Assembly: GCF_009914755.1 (NCBI RefSeq)
Contig: NC_060928.1
Source: the human T2T-CHM13v2.0 reference genome, Homo sapiens
Reading direction: 5' to 3' (one strand)
Length of the DNA stretch: 64,000 nt
A program made the translations under genes and the position numbers. The notes under the pieces were generated by a model. That model saw nothing but the letters and a program-made list of their open reading frames with translations, did no database searches and had not been told where the DNA came from. Below are positions 39,734 to 54,300 of the stretch, piece by piece (within the stretch, counting starts at the first letter, position 1; each line of letters starts with the position of its first letter).

Positions 39734-42700
39734 TGTACATGTGCACTTAGAAGGTCGTGAATAATAGTTGATGAAGTTGTTTGTATACACTATATAGAGA
39801 CAGACAGACAAGAATTGACAGAGCAATAGGCTCACAAAGAGTTGTGAATATGTAAGAAAGAAAGATACCAGGAATAGCCAGCCTAGTGTTTTAAAACTGC
39901 ATTTTCTTTGCTTTCTGCTTTTAAATTACACACTGCAAAGTCACTGAGGAGAAAGCTTTAAGAAAACTTTCATTTGCTATGGTACAGCTCGCCTGTCTTT
40001 CTTTACCTAAAAAAAATAAATAAAGCCCTAGAAACATTTCTTTCTTCTCATAGACATTAATAATGATAGCTTGAACTGTAAAGATTTGGTTTTACTGAAG
40101 GTAATGGAGTAATGTTTATTTCCATTAGACTAGGCCTATAAAATCCTCTTTTTATAACCATGAGCCTCCAATTTCAAAACAGCAAAGCTTGACATTTTGG
40201 TCTCTGACAGGCAACACTTAATATTGGGATGTTTTAAAAATCTATATGAAAAAAGCTCTTAACACAAGATAGGCCGAACATTTTCCCCGCAAATGGTTTG
40301 TTTTAGCTATCTCTCTTCCTCCCTGATGGACCAGGAAAATCAGACAGCTTATTGGCTTAGTTTGTTAGGCCAGGTTAAAGGGATGCAATGCCGAAAGACT
40401 CTTACAGGAGCTTACCCTTGAGCTAAAAATAGCAGGCACTAGAGAATTATCTTAAATACGACCAAACTTGTTCGGTACTGTGAATGCAGATAACTGTAAT
40501 ACGTTTCCATTTTGGGTCATTTCAGAGCTTTTTTTTTTAGCTTGGCTTGCTGTAGCTGACTATTTAATTCATTTCTGATTCTATTTGTCACATTTGCTCT
40601 CAGAGATACCGCCCGGGGGTGCTTGACTCAAGAATCCTTCTTATTTTGCTGCGCTGCTTTTGTTAAAACCTAATGAGCCATTGAACTGCGGAGTGCAATG
40701 TAGACGGGACTTGTTAGAAGGCAAATTTATTTTCAAATGTTATTAAGAACCTACTATGTGTATCCTTTTTCTTGTCTTCCTCCTAAGAGGTGGGAAGTGC
40801 AGTTTGCTAAATTTTATAAATAAATAAGAGGGTATTTAACTTCTGACTTATTGAAGACTCACGAGTAAAAAAATCTAGCAACAATTATCAAATTTCCTCT
40901 CTTCTCACCCTTTTCACGGACATTTTTACTCCTCTATGTGTGTCTTCATGGTACTTCATTTCTGACTTTAATACAGAATGCATCCCCTTATTTTATAATT
41001 AGTTGCCGAAGTCTGTCTTTCTCACTAGCCAACCAACTCCTGAAGGGAAAATTCTGTGTCGTAGGCATTATGTACTTAATACATCTTTGTATTATGCGCA
41101 CTTAAATTAGTGCCTAGCATGTAGTTGTTGCTTTTTAAAATAGTTGATAAATGGGTCAGTTTAAGAATGAATGAAATCAGTCTCTGCATTAGAGCATCCT
41201 GCATAGGAACATACTGAATTATAACATGACAGTCAGACTAAAATCCTGGACTGGGTAGACTGTCCCGTCTAAAAAAGATAACTCACCAGCTTTTGCTAAA
41301 ATAGCAGTGATGTCCATATAGTCAATTGTACTACAGATACCAGAAAAGGGCAGGGAATTAAGGTGAAGGAGATCCTCTCTCTGCTATTTTTGCATCCTGG
41401 TTCCAATGATCACAGACTATAAATGAAAGTAAGGTCAGAATCATTCACAACTTCTGAAAGATCTGAATGCCTTGAGAAATTACCCATCATTCCCCAGCCC
41501 AGGATTTCTTTCTAGCCCCTAAGCTTGATTCTTCCAAAAATAAGGCAACTGCGATACAAGTATGGCACAGTAAACTTGTACAATCATGCACACTTTTCCA
41601 CAAGAGGTAAACTGTTTTCATTACAATCGTAAACGAGGAAACTACAACAACAACAACGACAAAAACAGTTGCAAAAATTTTAAGTCTGAATCCATTGAGA
41701 GGGTCAAAACCAGCCAGGAAATACGGGCACAGTGCTGGGAACAGCGTGTTGGGAAGCTGTGGCCATGCATTTGCATGAGCTTCCTGGGAACAGCGGGTTC
41801 CTTGAACAGAGACACACTTACTTTCATGCTCTGGAACCCCGGTAAGGTACCTGTTCCTGAGCTCTTCATTGAGTGGCAGAGCCCTTTCCTCTTCTCGGGG
41901 AGAGAAGAGTAAATGCTCTATGTCTTCAGTAGACATATAGCAGCGCCTTTACCCGCCAATGCACATTCGCTTAACACAACCACATGTCTCCCAACTCCAT
42001 ATATCTTCATCTGAACAGCAAGTCTTGTAGCTGAGTTAGGGGGTAAGTTCACAGACACTCTGGCAGACACACAGCATACTGCTGTCACTATTGGCTCTGT
42101 TTATAAACCATCTCTTGGAGAACATGTTCTCAGATCTTGGATATGTCTTATTTTTAGCATGATTGGTCTGAATGGCTGGGAAGGTCATGTTATATTCTCT
42201 CTCTCTTTCTGAATTTGGTAGAGCCCCTGTAAATCTGTCCATTAACAAAAACTAGAGAGAGTTTTAATGTGCACAGCTTTGTGCTAGGGACTGAGGAGGT
42301 GATGAGGTCCCTCTTTCCCTCATGCAGTTTATAATGCACCTTGAGAGATTTAGCCAAAAAGCTATTACTTAGAAAGCTGAACCACAATTCGAAGGCCTTA
42401 ACGAAAGAAAAAGATGCTCTTTTGCACATGTGACAACAAAAATTCACTTTGTGCCAAAGACGGCCACAAATACTTTCCTAAATTTCGGGACTTAATAGTT
42501 TATCCCATGCCTGGTAAAGGCTTAATGTAAACACAGACCAAAACAACCAGTCTTTAAAATAGCATATTGTGACAATACCGTTTATGGAAATGGTGTCTAT
42601 GGAAAGTTTCCTTTCGGTTCTCATTCCTTAAGACTCATTTCCAATGGCACTCAAAGGAAGACAGATTTAATTTCTGATAACTCCCAGCTGCACACCTTAT

Positions 42701-45700
42701 TTTATCCCTGCTTCTGCACTTAATTTGCATGGATACTCTCCTTTCCACTGCTTGGTTTCATGGAGGGTGCAGAGATGGCAGGGCAGCCAGCCTTGCACAC
42801 AGCCTGGAATCAGCTTGTATGTCACTGGATGAAAGGTCAGGTGAAAAGGCTCACCACTGGCACCATTAATCTAGTCACTCAGGGACCATCCAGTGGTTCA
42901 AGAATAGCTTGCAGGTGAGTGATGGACAGGGTCATGGCTGCCTGGCTGTATCAGGGGCTATTACGACAGCCATAAAGAGAAAGGAAAAAATTGAACAAGG
43001 GGAAGAATTACTCCTGAAAGAGACATGAGGAAAGACACAGATGTCTTCGTACAAAGGATAAGCATGAGAGAAAGTAGCAGGGGAGCTGGACTGCTCACAG
43101 TGGTCGAGGAGGGCAGCATTCTTTGAAACTGCCAAAGTTTGAATATTAATGAAGGGTCGTGGCCCGACCAAGGCTCTGGGTCCGTATAGAGAATCTTGAG
43201 CTGTGCATTCTCAGGTGAAAGGTGCCAGAATCAGTCAAGAGAGTTTGGATAGAGAAGATACAGCTACAGCATTCCCTAGGTTTTTAGACAGAAATTAGAT
43301 TTAGGAAGCCCAGTCCTGTACATTATCTGAAATTCTTTATCCAAAGGCAAGTAGCAGATCTTAATGACTGTTTTGAAAGCTCTAAGGTTGTTCATTTATT
43401 TATAAGAGTCTCCAAAGGAAAATGGCACGGCGGGGTGGGCGGGGGGGCAGTTAGTCTCTGTAGTGATATTACGATTTCGTATGCTCCAGATGAATATTTA
43501 CAAGTGAGTTGTGCATTGCTGGGGTGGTGGCTTATTTGAGGACTGGGTAGGATAAATACGGAAAGCCATGAAGGAGAAAAGCATAGGCGATTTCATTCTA
43601 AAGTAATGTGGGAAATTGCTTACTTAACGATAACTCTACTGAGCTATATTTGTCTTGACCAACGTCCCTGTAGCCAAAAAGCTTTACTATTGATAAGGAA
43701 AAAGAATCCAGTGGTCTCTTTATTCAGGAAAATTTCAATAGCTGTATTTTTAAGGGAAGATGTAATCTAACAGATTATAAAATGAAGTTCGGTATTTCAT
43801 GGAGCATTTTCTTCTTTATTATCAAAGTCTACACAGGAAACACTTACAGGATAATATATAAACTCCATTAAAATCTGTTAGATCTAAAACTACGTGTTTG
43901 TGTTTGTATATATGCCTCACCTATTTCCTCACATGATCAGGCTTTAATCCACATAGGCACTGGTGCAGATAAATCAAAGAACTTAACTTGCTTAAGCACC
44001 AAACTTTTTATTAAAACTTTTTTATGGAAAGATTTCCGAATCACGTATTTACATATTTTCCCCACTTTAAAAATTATGAGGATTGATTTTGGTAGCACTG
44101 TCTGGTATTGCAAAATGACTGTATGGACCTATTGAGAAATATAGGATTATTTTCCCTCAAACTAAAAGGCCCCAGACTGTCATATTTTCAGGGTTTGTCA
44201 ACTTTCTGTAGTTTGTAGTCTTGTCTCTTTTGGTCAGTTGTCACTGCTCACCATTATCTTTTTACTGTCACCATTTCATGAATTTTCTAAACCATTTCTT
44301 CAAATGTCATATGTGCTCATAGAACATCACATATTGAATAGAACATTAGACAACCGGATTCATTTAAATCATAAGTAAAGCAAAAGGAAGCAAGCGTTAA
44401 GTGAGGGGTGAAGAAGTGTATCTGGGAATAAAATGTGCTCCATCTGAGGGAATTTTTCTGAATCTAGTTTGGCTTCTCAGAGACATTTTAAAAACAGTGT
44501 ACTTCTCACCTATGTTTCAGACAATTAATAATCCTAAATTTTTAATGGCTACAGAAATTAGGTTTTCCAGTATGAATTATAAAAATAACCATAAAAATGC
44601 GTACTATCTATGGAACATACATCTTCTCTTTCAACTATAAAAGATGTAGCTGGAAATAAAAATAAACCAGCAACTAAAGGAAAAAAGTGGTATCCGTGTT
44701 TTTTTTTTTTTTTCTTTTCTATACCACAAAAGCAGCAGGGAGGTCACACAGTCCTATTGGAGGGTATCATCCCTTATGCTGAATCACAGAAGAAACACAT
44801 TTGCCATTGAAAGACAAATTAAACAGGGCATGGCTTGCACTATGTGGGTCCCCAGACTTAGTTATCTGCCAAGACCAGGCAACATTTTGTAACCTCCAAA
44901 TGTATCGAAACACAGAACATTTGTTGGCTCTTTGTGAACAGAATGTCTTTGTCAAAATTTTCAGTTTGAACAAATGTTGCAAAGTGGTCCAGACTAGATT
45001 TGTCCCAGGAGAAACTGACACAAAGTCCTTCAGGACAGGGGCAGCCACCTCAGCTACATTGCTGGGATTGCCGGTGATAGGATTAAAGGAGCTAGACAGT
45101 GGCATTGTGACCTAATGTAACTCTCAAATCTGTTGCACGCAGAGCCCTGGAATTGGGGACCAGCAAGGAAAAGAAGTCACTTATCCTATATGGCATTGCT
45201 GTGTTCAAACTTTCAGGCATTTGCCCAGACTCTTCTCCAGTGGGAATAGGAGGTGAACCTGCCTATCAGACAGCATTGCCTAAATGAAAAATGCATGCTG
45301 AGATATGCAGCTCAGAGGAGAGAGCAGGGTGTCCCCGCTAAGTATGGGCTGGCAAGACACAAGAGGATTCTGACATGGGAACATATCTGGAGAGAATCTG
45401 GGTTGGCAAGGATCCCTGGACACCCAGGAGAACTATGTCTGGAATACAGAAGCTCTAACTTCACATCTGAGCAAATGAGATGGCACCCAGGGAAGCTAAT
45501 GTCCTTAAGCCAAGAGCCCGTGGAAAAACCAAGGGCAGTGCTATAATAGAGGCACTTTTCCCCTATACAAGAGCCGTTTCAAAGCAGAAATAAATTTCTC
45601 AGAAAGAACTGTGGAGAAGAGGATTTAAGCTCGAGTATTATAGGAATCTGAAAGAGACCTAATTGAGTAAGGCTTGGTAGGGATGTAATGCCTGGTACCT

Positions 45701-46669
45701 CCAGAGGGAAGAGGAAAGGGATCGGTAGCATTCTTCCTGCACATGCCTCTCCCAAGGGTGCAGGATAGCCCCTGAATAGCATTACCCCATGAAGCAAGGA
45801 GCTATCACTTAGAGATGATGGATCCAAGAGAGAGAGAGAAAAGCCACATACACCAAGTGTCTCAAACAGGCAAAAAGCGTGTCAGTCCTTCCAGCTGGAC
45901 TGAAATACCATTCTCAAATAGAAAGGTCAACAGACCTAAAATGGTACCAAACAGTTCTCATCCACAGAAGCCCCACCAAGGGCACAGCACTCTGGTCAGG
46001 TCAGACTTGCACACTGGTTAAAGAACTCTCCACTGACGGTCTTGCTCTCTTCCCTTGGTTGGCTTCCTCTTGTTTTCCCTCCACACTCCCTGGCCACCCA
46101 GCACTTCCAATGAGCAAACTGTTATTTTAATATACTGTGTGTAGGACATCATAAATTTCAGGTCTTCCAACCTCAAATATTCTGTCCCACTGCCCTGCAT
46201 TTGTTGGGGCAGTGGGACAGATCTTGGTTTGGAATAGAATATTCCTCTAGCTAGGAGAAATGCTCTCCAGCAGAATTCCATTTCAAGGTGAAGGCATTTC
46301 TAAAGACAATAAGTAGGAGAAGGGCAGAATTTATCTGCTAGTGATAACTGGGTAACAGACAGATGGAGAAATTCCCTGCTCTACTTCCTCAAACAGACAG
46401 CTTATCTTATTTGTAAAAGGCCTGTCTTCATCACTAACCAAAATTTTCATGGAGCCAGAGACTAGGTTTACTTTTAACCACTGTATCCCCCTAAAATGGC
46501 CAGACACTAAGCATGCTAATGGATGACAATTATATTTTGATGAATGGGTAAGTAAATAAGTGAGAGATGAACTTTTAAAATCCACAGGCAAGAAGAAATG
46601 TGACGATGTTGCAAAAGTTGGAAACTGAGAGCTTTAGCCAGTGAATTGGTTCTTGTCTAAGAAAATGTG

Positions 46670-46956
46670 GGCCGGGTGCAGTGGCTCACACCTGTAATCC
46701 CGCACTTCGGGAGGCCGAGGTGGGCGGATCACGAGGTCAGGAGATAGAGACCACCCTGGCTAACACGGTGAAACCCCGTCTCTACTAAAAATACAAAAAA
46801 AAAATTAGCCAGTCATGGTGGCAGGCACCTGTAGTCCCAGCTACTCACTCAGGAGGCTGAGGCAGAAGAATGGCATGGACCCAGGAGGCAGAGCTTGCAG
46901 TGAGCCAAGATTGTGCCTCTGCACTCCAGCCGGGGCGACAGAGCGAGACTCCGTCT

Positions 46957-46991
<35 letters not shown>

Positions 46992-46997
46992 AAAAAA
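46670..46997 (+). mobile_element. AluY-like SINE with A32 tail
   Basis: Full dimer. TSD aagaaaatgtg / aaaatgtg. Internal 4-bp ACTC duplication. Confidence 0.94.
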
Positions 46998-49900
46998 TGT
47001 GACCAGCCATATCCCAAGTGATATGGGATGAAAAGAAAAGTGTTGGTAATAATCCCCAGTAATATTGCATAGTGCTTTAGAGAAACTGAAGTACTATCTC
47101 AAGGTGTTGAAGTTAGCAGTTTAAGCGGGTAATACAGATTGCAATGCCTTTTTGTCTTCAGGCCATTGGAAGAAAGATGAGGAAGGTTGAACACATCTAA
47201 GAATTTCTCAAAAGTGAAAACAGACTTGCATCAGTTTCTACCATGCCTCTGGTGCAGAAATATCAGCCACTGTGGAAACTGGTCTCTGAGTTTCTCCGCA
47301 GCTACCGGCAAGCACATTTCATTCGTCCTTTATCTTTTTAGTAAGGTGCAAATTTGGTTCAATAATTTTTTTCTGCATCTCTTTAGATTCTCTATCTCAA
47401 CTAAGTTTGAATAAAATGTCCAGCTTTCATTATTTCCTAATGCTCTGGTAATACATTAAGAGTTAACTGGGGTGAAAAGGCAACAAGAAAGCTTGCCAGA
47501 GTATAGTTAGAGAATTTCATGACAATTAGCACTGATTTGCACTACAAGAATAGAAAGAAAAAAAAAGAAGTTTTAAAGGGGAAAAAAAGCTACTCACACA
47601 TACACAACCCAAAAAGAGCCTCCAAGTACTAGCTGAAAATGATACCGTTAGATGACAGCAGAAACACACCAGATTAGCCAATTAGCATTCACCCAAGAAA
47701 AGCTAGTGCTTTGGAGGGAGGGGAGAAAAGGAACCCATCAACAGTAATATCAACTTTACAATAGCCTTGACTGGTTATCTACCCAAAGGAAATGCTACCT
47801 CCTCACTTTTTTGTGAACCTCTCAACAATTCTGGGGGAAAAAATGTTAGTTCAACATTATCGCAAGCCAGAATATGACTCTATTTATGTGACAGGTTGAC
47901 AACATACAATTTCATGCTTGTTGAACTGATCGGTGTTACATATTCACTGTGAATATTATGAAGCTTCACCATTATAAATATGAAACAGTATACACTTATT
48001 CAAAGTAACTCCAGAAGTGGCAATTTATAGCTTGGTTGTTTGTGTTCTGATGAAGTCCAAATGCCACCTTAAGAAGCTGCAGCTCGCAGAAACAGATGTG
48101 CAGTGTGACTGCGACCAAAATGGATTGACGATGACCTATGTGAAAGCAGGCTATTACATTTTGGTCTGCATGGCAGCTGACACTGGTTTGTATTTAGATA
48201 TGTGACTCTTGGGAACACTGTGTCCTTAAAGCTCTGTTTAAACATGGGCCAAGACATTTGTCTATTGGACTAATTATTTTACCACCCTTCTATGGCAAAG
48301 ATCACTTTTTTCCCCCTAAAAAAAAAAAAAGGATATGAGAGAGTGTATATGCACATACACAGGCACACACTCTCACTACGCTTTGTAAAATTACAGCAAG
48401 GACTTTAAACCTTGGTCATGTCAGGTGAATGTTGGCAAGATTTCCAGAATGTCTGCATAGCAGGATTGTACCACTTTCTTGATCAGGTGCCTGAGAACAG
48501 GACAAGACCACAAACCATCAAATCATAAGCTGTCACAGCAACTGCTTTTGGTCAAGTTTTTTCCTCCTCTTCCCTACCTCCTCCCTTTCTTTCTCTTAGC
48601 AAGCTTCAACCAATTTACAAGTGTTCGCTTCCACAAGGACAAATTTGGAAGAGTGAAGAACAACACAATTTATCCAAATGTGGGATGAAATGAAGGAACC
48701 AGGCACCTTGCTAAAGCTAGATATCAAAAATTTGCATAAGTAGTTTTGCAACCACAGAGGTGCTATTTGGAACAAAATAAATTGCTTGTATTGTATGCAA
48801 GGGTACAAACCTTGACCAACTTTGCGGTGTCTTCCCTGCTTGTACATTTCTTAAGCACATCCAGATATTCCTACTAAGAAGTTCAAGTTAGTATCCCTCA
48901 ATAGGGAGACCTAAAAAGATAATTGTTTGTGGACTTAGAAGTCCTCAACATCTTTATTTGAGAATTAAGAAACATCAGTCCAAAATATTTGAAATATAGA
49001 ATTAGTTCTCCAGGATGTTCTTGTAATTCTTTTGTTTCTTTTTTGTTTATTTGCTTAATATTAGGTCATATCCCTAGCTCTTTTTTTGAGATCCAGCACA
49101 GAAGTCAGTGACTGGAATCCTGGCTCTCTTCTGAAACATTTGAATTACAGTGTTTTGGAATTTCCTATTCTAACAAAGTTTGTTATCCAAACCTGTATCT
49201 CTTTCTACTTTTCCTGTTGGGCTAAAGTGAAGGTGTTGTCGGTCTGTCTAGTAAATCCAACCTACGAGATAACATAATCACATACATTCATTTCTCAGGG
49301 ACCTTGGCGGCTCTTATCTCCTTGCTTTTATGATCTCTTATGAACAGCCCGGAATAGCAATTTGCAGCCTGTTTGTAAAGCCATCTTAGTCTGAACCCAG
49401 CCTTCTTCTCTTTTATCACCCAGCGATATTCTTCAGCTAAATCCCATTCGCCACAGCAAAATTTGCTCTGAGATCCATTTTAGAATAATATAAGTATTCT
49501 CTGTGTGTATGGAACATATCAAACACGTAATGGAGGGTAATTATCATTTCAATGAACTATTTATTAATAGAAGATGTTTTGTGTGCTTTGCTTAGATTTA
49601 TTGCTATGCTGCCCACTGTACATTGTAGCTTGAAGCTATTTAGTTCACGTTCATCAGCCTCTCAGGCAAGCAGCTCTGCTGTTCACACAGTTTTGGTTTT
49701 TCTATGTGCTTTTTTCAACTTTATTTTACCATTATATCACCTAGAACATTAAACACAATGCTCAAGTTCCACGTGTTAAATCACAATTGCTTTCTACTAA
49801 AGTTCCAAGCTACCCATTTTTATTAACAGTTACTTTATTAAATCCTTAATAACACAGATAGCATAGTTAGTTAATTTGTGTGTTGAGCCATGGATGTTAA

Positions 49901-50993
49901 TTTGTAAACATAATAACATACTGCAATCATTTGCATAATAGCATTTTAATCTTTTTAGTAAAAGCTGTAATTCCCTACAAAGTACACTGCAGTAGAAACT
50001 AAGTGACTATTGGTAATAATACAAAAGGCCTTAAAATTCTGATCCTATTATAGTGCTGGAGCATACCCAAACTGCTTCCATAATCTCTGAAATGTTACTG
50101 TTCTCTGATTTAGGTGTCTGTGTCAAGAATAAAAATGAAGTATAACTGGTAGCAGTAGACTATTTCCTAAATGTAATTTAGTATTCACTAAGCACCAGCA
50201 TTTTGCAAATAGCTCTGAGGCTTTCCTTCAAAGTTCAGAGCTCCAGCTATGCATATTGTGTGAGGAGGACCCTGGAACTCACTCTCAACTCTGTGCTGAA
50301 GAGAGGGCTCTGATAAATCATGCTGATTTGGCGCAGGGAAGGGCATCGGCCACCAGGGATTTGACTACTGAGTCTCCTTCCTCCTCTCTGCCCTACCAGC
50401 CTGATTGCTCCTCCTTGAACTGACGGTTTCTGAGCAGAAGTTCAGAAAAGAATGAAAAAGTGCAGTGAAGCTTTAAAAAAGCTAGTTTAAAAAAACTCAA
50501 TGGGGGCTCACTCCCTCTACAGCCCATTAACACCCATTGTAAGACTGCTCCCCACCCTAACCCCCAAAAAAAGAAAAGGAGAAAGAAAAAAAAAAGTAGT
50601 TGTTTAAGTCAGGCCAAGTCATTTTATGCAAGATCTGGTAATTCATTAATCCATCTGGCTGCAAACCTTGAATGAATAACTTGCAGTAGTAATGGAGATG
50701 GGCAGGTCTACAAAATATTAGTGTTTAGAATCTGAAACTGTGCAAATCACTCCATCATTTTGGAAAAGAAAAGGCACAAAAGTATCTTCTATCATCACTT
50801 TGGGACAAATGGCTTAATGGATAAGAAGTCATTTAGCTTCAAACAACTCTGCCATTGCCAAGAATAAGAGTGTGTACTTCATTGTGGATCTCTCTCCCCT
50901 TTTCCCTGCTCTCATTCTAGCTACAGTAAAGCATAGGATGCTGCCTTGCTTTCAAACGTACCTCTGAGCGCACTGTCTTAAAAGTTAAAAGGA

Positions 50994-51380
<387 letters not shown>

Positions 51381-54300
51381 TTACATCACAGGCAATTCAT
51401 TTTATAAAACCCACAATAAAATTTTTCATTACTCAAAGAATAGGCACATAATTATAGGGACAAATTAACCTTGTTAGATGTGAAGTCTGGGATAGGGAAT
51501 GGTGGAGGAACAATTTGGCTCTCTGCTTTAACAATGTGGTCTTTAATGTTCAGCTTTTTATCTGCTTTGTGTGTTGATTCCATCCAGAGGTGAGTCATCT
51601 GCTGGGCTGTGCTTCCAGGACCTGGCGTAGAGATAGTGGGGCATGGACAAATAAACACAGCAAGTGTATAAGGTCTCCACACAGACACATGGTTGCTATA
51701 CAAATAGACAGTTTGTCCAATGCAGCACCCTGAACCTTGTGATTACTTTCACCTACACTATTATCTTTGAAGTAAATCTAAGAAGCAATGAGCCACTTTT
51801 TCCTGATTCTGCTCCAAGATTTCCTCCTTGTGAATTTGGGTCTCCACTATTTTGGCCCCAAAGATATCCAGGCAGAGTAACTTTGATGAGCCAGTTGAGA
51901 CTCCGGGAGGTTGGAAAAACCTACAATAAGCCCATAAAATGTCCCAGTTTACTTTCTGGAGTGCCTAGAGTATCTGACATGAAATCATTGGTTTCTCCTA
52001 TCCCAAAATACAAAATAGCACTTTCTGAAATCCTTGTGCCTAATGAAACATACACATTCTCACTTTGCAAACTGCAAATGGCTAAGAACCGAATCAACGT
52101 CCATAAAAAAAAAAAAAAAAAGCAGCCAATTTCATCTCTCCTAGCCACACCTTCCATTAACAAAAGCCACCAGCAGGAAAGTTAGTGCCAGTGAAAGATG
52201 GTCACGTAACCTGCATCCTGTGAGTTGCTATTTATTAGCAGGGGTTGATACCAAGAGACAGAGCCCTGTGGGTCAGAACTCCTGAGCCATATTTTTCCAG
52301 TGGTCAGCATAATGGCAGGGAAGAAATAGGGTGATAAACCAGATGTTCCCAAGATAAGCCAGATGTTATCAAGCCGAGAAGTCTAAAACCACAGTGCTTA
52401 AATGAGGTGTGTAGATGAACACACACACACACAAACGAACAACACTATTTAGTCTCCCTGCAAGATAAGCCGACAGGAGAGGCTGAAAATAAAGCAGCAC
52501 ACAGGCTGGGTCAGATTGTTGCTTCCTGATTTATGACTCTCCAAGATGAACATCTAACTGATTTATACCCAGAATTTGGAATTTTGTGGTAGACTACAAA
52601 TGCAAAGATAAGTACAACATAAATTTTTAAAATACTCCATAAGTCTCCATGAGTTTCAACATTCTTCAATGTTCTTATGTTACAGCCAATTATCTCTCCA
52701 CTTAAATGGCTATTATTTTCTTACTTGAAGTCTATGTTCTCTGTAAGTGTCATTACCAAGTGTGGCAAAAATCTGGCTGTGGGCCGTAAATTTAATTTAA
52801 ATGACAAACATTTATTGATTGCAAATTGGAAATCCCAGAAATCTTATAAAAGTGATTATTGTAAATTAATTCAGTCCTCCCACATAACAAAAAAGAATTT
52901 ATTCTTCCAATGATTAAATTAAGGTGAGGTTGTATATACATGCATTCTTTTTTTCTTGTCTATTTGTTTTGTTAAAATTCCAGGAGGTTTGCCATTCATA
53001 GAAAAGTCTGTCTGACCACAGGCACAGTCAGAAGCAGGAATTCATTACCATGGAAGGCTGCAGGATTTCCTCCAAGGAGACAAGTGAAAAAAAGCAGACA
53101 CCACGTAAATTTGTGGATTGGGTTAAATATGTTCTGTCCCTGAGGCAGTGGAAAGATAGAGGGCCCCTTTGTAAAATGACTCACGAGTCTAGGAAAGTAC
53201 TTCAGCTCCTAAAGGTGAGCAGAAACTTAACCAGGAACGATATCCACGAGGTTCTGCTTCTCTTTGGAATATCTTTGAGTTAGCATTCCTTACCACCTCT
53301 CTCTCTATCCGAACTCAGAGTTATCAGGGCTGATGGAATTTTCCTTCAAGGTACTTTGAATCTGTTCCCTGAATGCCACCCCCTCTGCTATCACCTTGTC
53401 CCTTCCCTGTACCTGTATCACATTGGGTTTGGAATGCAGCACTGCCTGCTGTCTGATTTTCCGTATTTCCTACTTGCCTACACCTCTTACGACTGTCAGC
53501 ATTATCACTCTTAAATACCACCTCCATTATGTTGATCTGCTAAAAAATCTTCAATGACATCCTACTTTCTAAACAGACTCTAAACATTTCCAACTGGGTT
53601 CTCATGACCCACCGTAATTTTGTACCTACCTTACATCCAAACTTACTCCCACTACTGCCACGTTCCCATTAATATGTATTTTACTTTGAGTAAACCAAGC
53701 TCACCTCCACATCCCGTCTATGAAAACGCTCTGCTCTTCTCTTACAAGGCTTTGTGAATTTATTCTTGCTGTTTATCTCCTCAGCTAGAAATACACATAC
53801 ATACACACACATATATATGCATGCATATATGCATACACGAGCTCGCAATGTTTGCAAATTGCAAATATATATATAATCCTATGTAGGTACATACACATAT
53901 ATACATATACATGAATATACAGTCTTGTATTGTTTTCGAATTGCTAAGAACTAAAAACATATGCATATACTTGTATATTTGTATACACAGCCTTGCATGG
54001 TTTCCTAATTGTTTTACATTTGTTCATTTTGCCTCCCAAACTAGATTTAAAGTCCTTTAGGACACAGGCCTTCTTTTGTGCTTTGTATATAATCTTCACA
54101 TTACCTAACGCAGTTCATTCTATCAATAAACACATGAAGATCAACTCACTCATTATGCAACAAGTATTTGTTGAGTTCTTACTTTCTGCTATTTTCTGAG
54201 AAAATATCTAGAAAAATGTCAGTGAACAAGACAGGCAGATTCCCTACTCCTCAAATGCTCATGGTCTGTTGAACTGCCAATATTTGTTATTTTTAACTTT

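Noticed and set aside
41487-41936. 149-aa minus ORF overlapping a 108-aa plus ORF
   Set aside because: The poly-Val/poly-Asn comes from a short (AAC)n run; no homology recognised. Cannot be fully excluded without expression data.
48750-48765. CTCF-like ccacagaggtgcta
   Set aside because: One base short in the core relative to the CTCF consensus.
51664-52185. Longest ORF (173 aa)
   Set aside because: Starts at GTG, the poly-Lys comes from an A-run, no known motif; a plausible chance frame.
53813-53830. 18-bp palindrome atatatgcatgcatatat
   Set aside because: Lies in low-complexity TA/CA sequence where such palindromes are expected.
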